Part shown: piece after piece, positions 1-11,557 of the stretch
How the letters are laid out: each line of letters begins with the position of its first letter
Numbering within the stretch: position 1 is the first letter of the stretch
NCBI GenBank assembly: GCA_964016885.1
Contig: OZ024742.1
Coordinates: forward strand, 359,538,001-359,602,000
Direction of reading: 5' to 3'
DNA from: Eledone cirrhosa
Taxonomy: Eukaryota
Length of the DNA stretch: 64,000 nt
The notes under the pieces: model-generated
Told to the model about the DNA's origin: nothing
Databases searched by the model: none
The model's input: the letters and a program-made list of their open reading frames with translations, nothing else
Program-made: the position numbers and the translations under genes

Positions 1-26
1 GTATTCATTGAACCTTGTTTAACTTT

Positions 27-180
<154 letters not shown>

Positions 181-514
181 CGTGAGTGTGAAGTTTTCAG
201 TAATATAATATATAATATAGTACAACAACAAACAAACGTAAATTAAACGCTATCTGCTAGCGTCTATTCAGTAAAACTCTACAAAGAATATCTTAATACT
301 TGGTGACATTGACGTGCGCCATGTCTGTTAATATTCATAGTCTTCCTATTCCAAGCAAAAGTATGTTGACTGTTTTCAGAAATTGGCCACTGAATGTGTA
401 TATCACATGCCAACTGAAAATAAACTTCCAATCTTCCAACCATAAGAACATGCTACACGTGGATTTAAACATCAAAAGAACATCTGTCTTCAACGAATTG
501 TCCTCTGCTCTCTT

Positions 515-979
515 TTCCTCTTCCTCCTCCTCCCCTTCTTGTTGCTGTTGTTGTTGTTGTTGTTGTTGTTCTTCTTCTTCTTCTTCTTCTTCTTCTTCTT
601 CTTCTTCTTCTTCTTCTTCTTCTTCTTCTCCTCCTCCTCCTCCTTCTTCTCCTTCTTCTTATTCTTCTTCTCATTCTTCTTCTTCTTCTTCTTCTTCTTC
701 TTCTTCTTCTCCTCCTTCTTCTCCTTCTTCTTCTTCTTCTTCTTCTTCTTCTTCTTCTTCTTCTTCTTCTTCTCCTCCTTCTTCTCCTTCTTCTTCTTCT
801 TCTTCTTCTTCTTCTTCTTCTTCTTCTTCTTCTTCTTCTTCTTCTTCTTCTCCTCCTCCTCCTCCTTCTTCTCCTTCTTCTTATTCTTCTTCTCATTCTT
901 CTTCTTCTTCTTCTTCTTCTTCTTCTTCTTCTTCTTCTTCTTCTTCTTCTTCTTCTTCTCCTTCTTCTTCTTCTTCTTC

Positions 980-1020
<41 letters not shown>

Positions 1021-1021
1021 T
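515..1021. repeat. Compound trinucleotide microsatellite (GTT)n-(CTT/CCT)n-(ATT)n
   Basis: GTT run ~540-570, CTT/CCT polypyrimidine tract ~570-980, ATT run 981-1020. An interrupted block (CCT run + TTATTC + TCATTC) is duplicated at a 222-bp offset (ATTC at 661 and 883). Confidence 0.95.
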
Positions 1022-1207
1022 ACTGGGCTTTCTCCACAAATGTCCCTCCGAAGTCTGCCCCCTATTGGGGAATTTTTCATTGTTATTTTTTGTTACATCC
1101 TCTGTTTTTGTTTTTTACACGCAGAAATGCCCATTTGTACCGTCCTGCATTGTCCTGCACTGTCCTTAATGTCTACTTTATGTAAACCCTTGTGGTTAAT
1201 AAAGAAA

Positions 1208-1250
<43 letters not shown>
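1022..1250 (+). mobile_element. Probable 5'-truncated non-LTR retroelement 3' end with (ATT)n tail
   Basis: ~190 bp of non-repetitive sequence ending in AATAAA (1198-1203), followed by an (ATT)n tail (1210-1250) and preceded by another ATT run. This is the layout of a LINE/SINE 3' end inserted into a microsatellite. Family not identified. Confidence 0.45.
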
Positions 1251-1252
<2 letters not shown>

Positions 1253-1682
1253 TCATCCTTCTTCTTCTCCTTCTTCTTCTCCTCCTCCTCCTCCTTCTTC
1301 TCCTTCTTCTTCTTCTTCTCCTCCTCCTCCTCCTTCTTCTCATTCTTCTACCCCCCTCCTCCTCCGCTTCTCTACATTCGTATCATTTTTATTCTTCATT
1401 TTCTCCCTATTTTCCTCCATCTTATCCTTTTTGTCTTTCTTACAGTATTACTTCTTTTTCTCCTCCACGTCTTCCTCCTCCTTTTCTTCTTCTTCTCTTC
1501 TCCTCCTTTTCTTCTTCTTCTTCTTCTTCTTCTTCTTCTTCTCCTTTTCTTCTTCTTCCTCTTCTTTTTTCTTCCTCTTTATTTTCTTCTTCTTCCTCCT
1601 TTTTCTTCTTCGTCTTCGTCTCCTACTCTTCCTACTTTCCTATATTTCATCTTCTTTTCCTTCATTTTCATCGTCTCTTCTT
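1251..1682. repeat. Degenerate CT-rich (CTT/CCT) low-complexity tract
   Basis: Mostly pyrimidine sequence with CTT/CCT periodicity. Confidence 0.9.
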
Positions 1683-2528
1683 TTAGTCACATGACAAGTG
1701 AAGTTCTATGTTTCCGAGTTCAATTCCTGCCAATATCATCTTTACTGTTCAGTCAAGGGGAGTTACTTATGTATCATTAATGACACTAAGTATGATGCTG
1801 AATATTATACACAAACACATATACGTTTATATATAACAAACATAGATATAACTTCACTGTGAGTATTTAAAGCCGTATTTCAACCGTGTAAGGATGCCAT
1901 GTACATGTGTGTCAGAATCATGACTCACATCTTCAGAGGATGTTTACTTACTACGGTACTGAGACACAGATCCTAATAGCTTCTATTAGATTGGGTGAAA
2001 TGTATGGTGAACTTTGAAGAGACTTTTAAAGAAATAGAGAGAAAATAATGTCCGAACTAGTATCCTCCACTTCTAGCTATCTTACCCTCCACCCCTGGGT
2101 CCCGGCTAACATGATAGAGAATACATTGCCCCGTGGGACCATTTAGTTATACAGTAATATTGTAATATTTAGAGAGATTAATAAATCATAAGTATTCAGC
2201 TCTATATTTGATCTCAAGTTTAACCCTCAAAACTAAACCTTGATCAAGTCCTTTTCAGACCATAATGCTCAAAATAGTATAGTGCTCTCCATCTATAAAG
2301 ACTGCAAATAAAATAAATTTGATAAATTTTAATAATAAATAAAACAAAGAATAAAATAAGTAAAAAGAATTTTCTGGGTTCCGGGCGACATGATGGAGAA
2401 TTTTATATAACTTTTGGTAAATAAATAATTATCTATGGTGAACTATTTACATACAAAGCTCATTTGTAAACTAATTATATATTTTTAAAGTCTTGCAGTG
2501 AATATTTTACAGTAGTTTTTTCGTTGTA

Positions 2529-5500
2529 TCTAAACGCTGACCTCTACACGCTGACATCTACACCCTGGTTTCTACACGCTGATCTCTACACACTGACCTC
2601 TACACACTGACCTCTACACCTTGGTCTCTACACGCTGACCTCAACACACTGACCTCTACACATTGACCTCTACACACTGACCTCTACGCGCTGACCTCTA
2701 CACACTGACCTCTACACACTGGTCTCTACACACTGGTCTCTACACGCTGACCTCTACACAATTACCTCTAGACACTGACCTCTACACACTGACTTATACA
2801 CACTGGCCTCTACACACTGGGCTCTACACACTGGTCTCTACACACTGGTCTCTACACACTGGTCTCTAAACACTGGCCTCTACACACTGGTCTCTACACA
2901 CCTCTACACACTGACCTCTACATGCTACGATAAATATAATCTTTCTATCTCTGATATCTAGACACTGACCTCTACACACCGACCTCTACACACTGGTCTC
3001 TAGACACAGGTCTCTACGCACTGACCTCTACACACTGGTCCCTACACACTGGTCGCTGCACATTGGTTTCTATACACTGGTGATCTACACACCGGTCTCT
3101 ATAAACTGACCTCTACACACTGGTCTCTACACACTGACCTCTACACGCTGACCTCTACACGCTGACCTCTACACACTGGTATCTATACACCTGGTCTCTA
3201 CACACTGACCTCTACACATTGATCTCTACACATTGGTCTCTACACACTGACCTCTACACACTTACCTCTACACGCTGACCTCTACACACTGACCTCTACA
3301 CACTGGTATCTACACACCTGGTCTCTACACACTGACCTCTACACATTGATCTCTACACACTGGCGTCTACACACTGACCTCTACACCTTGGTCTCTACAC
3401 GCTGACCTCAACACACTGACCTCTACACATTGACCTCTACACACTGACCTCTACGCGCTGACCTCTACACACTGACCTCTACACACTGGTCTCTACACAC
3501 TGGTCTCTACACGCTGTCCTCTACACAATTACCTCTAGACACTGACCTCTACACACTGACTTATACACACTGGCCTCTACACACTGGGCTCTACACACTG
3601 GTCTCTACACACTGGTCTCTACACACTGGTCTCTAAACACTGGCCTCTACACACTGGTCTCTACACACCTCTACACACTGACCTCTACATGCTACGATAA
3701 ATATAATCTTTCTATCTCTGATATCTAGACACTGACCTCTACACACCGACCTCTACACACTGGTCTCTAGACACAGGTCTCTACGCACTGACCTCTAAAC
3801 ACTGGTCCCTACACACTGGTCGCTGCACATTGGTTTCTATACACTGGTGATCTACACACCGGTCTCTATAAACTGACCTCTACACACTGGTCTCTACACA
3901 CTGACCTCTACACGCTGACCTCTACACACTGACCTCTACACACTGGTATCTACACACCTGGTCTCTACACACTGACCTCTACACACTGACCTCTACACAT
4001 TGGTCTCTACACACTGACCTCTACACACTGACCTCTACACACTGGTCTCTGCATGCTGACCTCTACACACTGGTCTCTACACGCTGGCCTCTACACACTG
4101 GCTTCTACACACTGATCTCTACAGACTGGTCTCTAAACACTGGCCTCTACACACTGACCTCTACACGCTGGTCTCTACACACTGGTCTCTACACACTGGT
4201 CTCTAAACACTGGCTTCTACACACTCCTCTCTATACACTGACCTCTACACACTGGTCTCTACACACTGACCTCTACACGCTGACCTCTACACGCTGACCT
4301 CTACACACTGGTATCTATACACCTGGTCTCTACACACTGACCTCTACACACTGACCTCTACACATTGGTCTCTACACACTGACCTCTACACACTGACCTC
4401 TACACACTGGCCTCTGCATGCTGACCTCTACACACTGGTCTCTACACGCTGGCCTCTACACACTGGCTTCTACACACTGATCTCTACAGACTGGTCTCTA
4501 AACACTGGCCTCTACACACTGACCTCTACACGCTGGTCTCTACACACTGGTCTCTACACACTGGTCTCTACACACTGGCTTCTACACACTCCTCTCTATA
4601 CACTGACCTCTACACACTGGTCTCTACACACTGACCACTACACACTGGTCTCTGCACACTGACCTATCACACTGGTCCCTACACACTGACCTATTCATAC
4701 TGGTCCCTACACACTGACGTCTACACACTGGTCTCTTCACAATGGTCTCTACACACTTTTCTCTACACATTGGTCTCTACACACTGACCTCTACACACTG
4801 ACCTCTACACACTGACCTCTACACACGAGTCTCTACACACTGACCTCTACACATTGGTCTCTACACATTGGTGTCTACACACTGACCTCTACACACTGAC
4901 CTCTACACACTGACCTCTACACGCTGACCTCTACACACTGACCTCTACACACTGACCTCTACACACTGGTCTCTACACGCTGACCTCTACACAATTACCT
5001 CTATACACTGACCTCTACACACTGACTTATACACACTGGTCTATACACACTGGTCTCTAGACAATGCTCTCTACACACTGACCTATATACACTGGTCTCT
5101 ACACACTGAACTCTACACACTGACCTACACACACTGACCTCTACACACAGAACTCTACACACTGACCTCTACACCTTGGTCTCTACACGCTGACCTCTAC
5201 ACACTGACGTCTACACACTGACCTCTACACACTGACATCTACACGCTGGTCTCTACACACTGGTCTCTACACACTGGTCTCTACACACTGACCTATATAC
5301 ACTGGTCTCTACACACTGAACTCTACACACTGACCTATACACACTAACCTCTACACACTGGTCCCTACACACTGGCCCCTACACACTGTCTCTACGCATG
5401 ACCTCTACACACTGGTCTCTACACACTGGTCTCTACACATTGGTTTCAATATACTGGTGATCTACACACTGACCTCTACACACTGATCTCTACACACTGG

Positions 5501-8500
5501 TCGCTGCACATTGGTTTCTATACACTGGTGATCTACACACCGGTCTCTACAAACTGACCTCTACACACTGGTCTCTACACACTTACCTCTACACGCTGAC
5601 CTCTACACACTGACCTCTACACACTGGTATCTACACACCTGGTCTCTACACACTGACCTCTACACATTGATCTCTACACACTGGCGTCTACACACTGACC
5701 TCTACACCTTGGTCTCTACACGCTGACCTCAACACACTGACCTCTACACATTGACCTCTACACACTGACCTCTACGCGCTGACCTCTACACACTGACCTC
5801 TACACACTGGTCTCTACACACTGGTCTCTACACGCTGTCCTCTACACAATTACCTCTAGACACTGACCTCTACACACTGACTTATACACACTGGCCTCTA
5901 CACACTGGGCTCTACACACTGGTCTCTACACACTGGTCTCTACACACTGGTCTCTAAACACTGGCCTCTACACACTGGTCTCTACACACCTCTACACACT
6001 GACCATTACATGCTACGATAAATATAATCTTTCTATCTCTGATATCTAGACACTGACCTCTACACACCGACCTCTACACACTGGTCTCTAGACACAGGTC
6101 TCTACGCACTGACCTCTACACACTGGTCCCTACACACTGGTCGCTGCACATTGGTTTCTATACACTGGTGATCTACACACCGGTCTCTATAAACTGACCT
6201 CTACACACTGGTCTCTACACACTGACCTCTACACGCTGACCTCTACACACTGACCTCTACACACTGGTATCTACACACCTGGTCTCTACACACTGACCTC
6301 TACACACTGACCTCTACACATTGGTCTCTACACACTGACCTCTACACACTGACCTCTACACACTGGTCTCTGCATGCTGACCTCTACACACTGGTCTCTA
6401 CACGCTGGCCTCTACACACTGGCTTCTACACACTGATCTCTACAGACTGGTCTCTAAACACTGGCCTCTACACACTGACCTCTACACGCTGGTCTCTACA
6501 CACTGGTCTCTACACACTGGTCTCTACACACTGGCTTCTACACACTCCTCTCTATACACTGACCTCTACACACTGGTCTCTACACACTGACCACTACACA
6601 CTGGTCTCTGCACACTGACCTATTCACACTGGTCCCTACACACTGACCTATTCATACTGGTCCCTACACACTGACGTCTACACACTGGTCTCTACACAAT
6701 GGTCTCTACACACTTTTCTCTACACATTGGTCTCTACACACTGACCTCTACACACTGACCTCTACACACTGACCTCTACACACGAGTCTCTACACACTGA
6801 CCTCTACACATTGGTCTCTACACATTGGTGTCTACACACTGACCTCTACACACTGACCTCTACACACTGACCTCTACACGCTGACCTCTACACACTGACC
6901 TCTACACACTGGTCTCTACACACTGGTCTCTACAGGCTGACCTCTACACAATTACCTCTATACACTGACCTCTACACACTGACTTATACACACTGATCTA
7001 TACACACTGGTCTCTAGACAATGCTCTCTACACACTGACCTATATACACTGGTCTCTACACACTGAACTCTACACACTGACCTACACACACTGACCTCTA
7101 CACACAGAACTCTACACACTGACCTCTACACCTTGGTCTCTACACGCTGACCTCTACACACTGACGTCTACACACTGACCTCTACACACTGACATCTACA
7201 CGCTGGTCTCTACACACTGGTCTCTACACACTGGTCTCTACACACTGACCTATATACACTGGTCTCTACACACTGAACTCTACACACTGACCTATACACA
7301 CTGACCCTCTACAGACGGGTCCCTACAAACTGACATCTACACACTGGTCTCTACACGCTGACCTCTACACACTGGTCTCTACACACTGACCTCTACACAC
7401 TGGTCCCTACACACTGGCCCCTACACACTGTCTCTACGCATGACCTCTACACACTGGTCTCTACACACTGGTCTCTACACATTGGTTTCAATATACTGGT
7501 GATCTACACACTGACCTCTACACACTGATCTCTACACACTGGTCGCTGCACATTGGTTTCTATACACTGGTGATCTACACACCGGTCTCTACAAACTGAC
7601 CTCTACACACTGGTCTCTACACACTTACCTCTACACGCTGACCTCTACACACTGACCTCTACACACTGGTATCTACACACCTGGTCTCTACACACTGACC
7701 TCTACACATTGATCTCTACACACTGGCGTCTACACACTGACCTCTACACACTGGCCTCTGCATGCTGACCTCTACACACTGGTCTCTACACGCTGGCCTC
7801 TACACACTGGCCTCTACACACTGATCTCTACACACTGGTCTCTAAACACTGGCCTCTACACACTGACCTCTACACGCTGGTCTCTACACACTGGTCTCTA
7901 CACACTGGTCTCTACACACTGACCTCTACACACTGATCTCTACACACTGGTCTCTAAACACTGGCCTCTACACACTGACCTCTACACGCTGGTCTCTACA
8001 CATTGACCTCTACACACTGGTCTCTACACACTGACCTCTACACACGGGTCTCTGCACACTGACCTATTCACACTGGTCCCTACACACTGACGTCGACACA
8101 CTGGTCTCTACACAATGGTCTCTACACACTTTTCTCTAAACATTGGTCTCCACACACTGACCTCTACACACTGGTCTCTAAACACTGGCCTCTACACACT
8201 GACCTCTACACACTGACCTCTACACACGTGTCTCTACACAATGACCTCTACACATTTGTCTCTACACATTGGTGTCTACACGCTGACCTCTACACACAGA
8301 TCTTTACACATTGGTCTCTACACACTGACCTCTACACACTGACCTCTATACAATGGTCTCTACACACTGGTCTCTACACACTGACCTCTACACAATGGTC
8401 TCTACATACTGATATCTACACTCACATCTACACACCGACATCTGCACACTGACCTCTGCACACTGGTCTCTACGCACTGGTCTCTACACACTGGTCTCTA

Positions 8501-8838
8501 CACACTGGTCTCTACACACTGACATCTACACACTGGTCTCTACGCATGACCTGTATACACTGGTCTCTACACACTGGTCTCTACACACTGACCTCTACAC
8601 ACTGGTCTCTACACATTGGTTTCAATACATTGCAAATCTACACACTGACCTCTACACACTGGTCTCTACACACTTTTCTCTACACATTGGTCTCTACACA
8701 CTGACCTCTACACATTGGTCTCTACACACTGGCCTCTACACACTGACCTCTACACACTGGCCTCTACACACTGACCTCTACACACTGGTCTCTACACACT
8801 AGTCTCTACACACTGCTCTCTACACACTGACCTCTACA
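2529..8838. repeat. 14-bp minisatellite array (ACACACTGACCTCT / ACACACTGGTCTCT), roughly 440 copies
   Basis: Period 14 (e.g. CTGACC at 2705, CTGGTC at 2719). Two dominant variants. Internal block duplications at offsets 767, 365 and 2321 bp. Confidence 0.97.
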
Positions 8839-9624
8839 TGCTACGATAAATATAATCTTTCTATCTCTGATTCTATATGATGTATTCTAAATACAATAAT
8901 TATTTGTCTCAGTTGTTACTGCTAGTTTCTTTAGTGTCATGTTAAGGAAAACTTCAGATTTTCCACACTGTTTGTTGTTTAATATCAGTAGAGATACAAT
9001 ATTGTTTGTAACGTCTGTTTGGAACCTGCCACCCTTTCGCAGTATCAGCGTAAATAGCAGTTCGCTAATCATGTTTATTCCGATTGAATAGCAACCTATT
9101 TGGAATTTTACACCGATCTCAAATGTTAGACAAGGGTTAACAATATAAGTGAAGGATGAATGCCAATGTCTAAATACAGGAAGGTTGTTGTTCATGTTGT
9201 TCATTGTCAAAAGAAACTCATGTTTCGTATGGATTAACGATTTCTTTAGTTCCCTTATAAATATGAATATGTGCAGTGAATATAGCTCAATTGTGCCAAT
9301 AATGAAATACGAGAAACGGAACGAAACCGCAAGCTACGTGATGTACAATAACTACTGAACCATTTATAACCCTATTTTCATAACATCCATAACATTTGAC
9401 ATAAATTGACTCTATATATTTAAGGACTTGCTTTTGTTCGGCGTATAGGTCAAAAGCTCACAACCTTTATTTATTCCAGAGCTCCTCGTTTAGATTTTAT
9501 TTCAGAATGTCCGGATTTATTTGTTTCCTTACTGGTTGATTTATTTTCAATATGATATTTTGTATCACATTGAAAGTCTAAAATTTGAGGCGGTGGGCAG
9601 ATTGGAAAGATGGCGGCGGGGAAA

Positions 9625-9810
9625 ATCAGGGGAGGTAAAAGAGGATGAAGAAAGAACGACAGAGAAGCTTCAACTAAATAGATAGAGTAAGCAATGGATG
9701 AGATGGAAGGAGAGAGAAAGAGAAATAAGATGATAGATGAAATAATAGATAACTCCATAAGGTATAGAAAGAGGGATAGATAGGGGAAACGAAACAAAAC
9801 TATGAGAGAA
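9625..9810. repeat. GA-rich low-complexity purine tract
   Basis: Degenerate GATA/GAGA/GGAG purine-rich sequence. Confidence 0.7.
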
Positions 9811-9871
9811 TTGATTATATGTGTGTATATGTTTCTTATATAGCGGTTGCTATAAAACTACATAAGGTTGT

Positions 9872-9873
9872 GT

Positions 9874-9945
<72 letters not shown>

Positions 9946-9947
9946 AC

Positions 9948-9992
<45 letters not shown>

Positions 9993-10226
9993 CATATGTA
10001 TACATGTGTATATATATGTGTGTGTGTGTATATGTATATGTATATATGTGTATATATATACATATATATGTATATATGTGTGTGTGTATATATATATAAA
10101 TGTGTGTATATGTGAATGTATACATAAACACACATACTTCCACACACATACACATATATATATATGAGAAGATTTATAGGTGCCCCTTATGTTGGTTAAT
10201 TCGTATTTGTGGAGTGAATGTGCAAA

Positions 10227-10272
<46 letters not shown>

Positions 10273-10303
10273 ATGTATATATATATATACATATATATAT
10301 ATA

Positions 10304-10394
<91 letters not shown>

Positions 10395-10541
10395 ATGTAT
10401 ATATATATATATACATATATATATATACTTATATATACATATATGTGTGTGTGTGTGTATGTATATATATATATATACATATATATACATATATGTATAT
10501 ATATATATATATGTGTGTGTGTGTTTGTGTGTATGTATATG

Positions 10542-10636
<95 letters not shown>

Positions 10637-10658
10637 GTATACACACACACACACTCAC
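9872..10658. repeat. Compound (CA)n/(TA)n/(TG)n microsatellite cluster
   Basis: Alternating purine-pyrimidine runs, interrupted by ~60 bp of unique sequence at 10165-10228. Confidence 0.97.
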
Positions 10659-10807
10659 ATCGCAATGCAACTTACACGACTTCCGACCTCTCGCAGTTAT
10701 GACCATGTATATTTCAACTCACGCATGCGCTCTTTCTATTGTCATCCGTTATGCTCCACGAATTAAATCCTAAAATTTCTACATACGTACTCATGCATAT
10801 CTATAAA

Positions 10808-10860
10808 CATCATCATCATCATCATCATCTTCGTCGTCATCTTCGCCGTCATCATCATCA
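10808..10860. repeat. (CAT)n/(CGT)n microsatellite
   Basis: CATCATCAT...CGTCGTCAT visible. Confidence 0.9.
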
Positions 10861-11019
10861 GGTTTCCTTTGTTCATCAAATATTACACAACCTTCACGTT
10901 TAGCCTCTAAACAGGTAAAACTATTTCTATATTGCAATACAGGCAGGTAGAGATGAAATCATTTAATCTGGAACTAATACACCTGTCAGTCACAATCACG
11001 TGTTACTTAGTCTAAAGCT

Positions 11020-11297
11020 AAAAGTCTGTTTCGAGCTGGGAGGCTCATCAGGCAGATGTTTCTCCCAGTTTCAGTAGCGTGAAGCGACTGAGAGTAGAGA
11101 ACTCCCCACTCCATCAGTTAGAACACCAATCTATCACAAGTTTAAACACCAAACAATTACTGGTATACATGTTATAATGGGTATACCGGGGAAACGTGGT
11201 ATGAAGTGTCTTGCTCAAGGACACAACACAGCCAAGTTGAGGAATCGAACCCACGGCATTATGATTGTAGGTACAATACATTTAACACTAAAACACC
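11020..11297 (-). mobile_element. Degenerate tRNA-derived SINE (CORE/Nin-domain-like)
   Basis: Minus strand reads a B-box GGGTTCGATTCC (11252-11241) after a degenerate A-box near 11297-11283. It then reads GTTGTGTCCTTGAGCAAGACACTT, a motif typical of the conserved central domains of CORE/Nin-type metazoan SINEs. Family assignment is from memory, not a search. Confidence 0.7.
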
Positions 11298-11397
11298 CAA
11301 AAGGGTTTTAGGTGCCTATATAGACGAGCAGACAGAGACACCCTATATGTTTTGATAGAGCAACACATCCAGGATGTGCCAACTGGATGAAGAAGCC

Positions 11398-11480
11398 TGT
11401 CCCCGACAGATTGAAAGATGAAGTGGGCCACAATGGGATTTAAACGCAGCATTCACAGATCTGGAACAAATATCAGCCAC
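11398..11480 (-). mobile_element. Highly decayed fragment of the same SINE family as 62815-63231
   Basis: GTCCCCGACAGATTGAAAGATGAAGTGGGCCACAATGGGATTTAAACGCAG aligns loosely to the reverse complement of CTGAGTTCAAAT...CCTTTCATCCTTACGGCGTC in the right-flank SINEs. Confidence 0.5.
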
Positions 11481-11557
11481 GCGAGCAACTCTCAAACCTT
11501 GATTTGTAGATTATAGTAAATATAATCAGAGAACATGATACAGGGGGAAACGTGAAA

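Noticed and set aside
8228-8452. 74-aa ORF in the 14-bp array
   Set aside because: Chance stop-free path through degenerate minisatellite units.
9471-9797. 108-aa hydrophobic minus-strand ORF
   Set aside because: Mostly the complement of a GA-rich low-complexity tract.
9819-10773. Twelve overlapping YI/CV/HT ORFs
   Set aside because: Dinucleotide-repeat artefacts.
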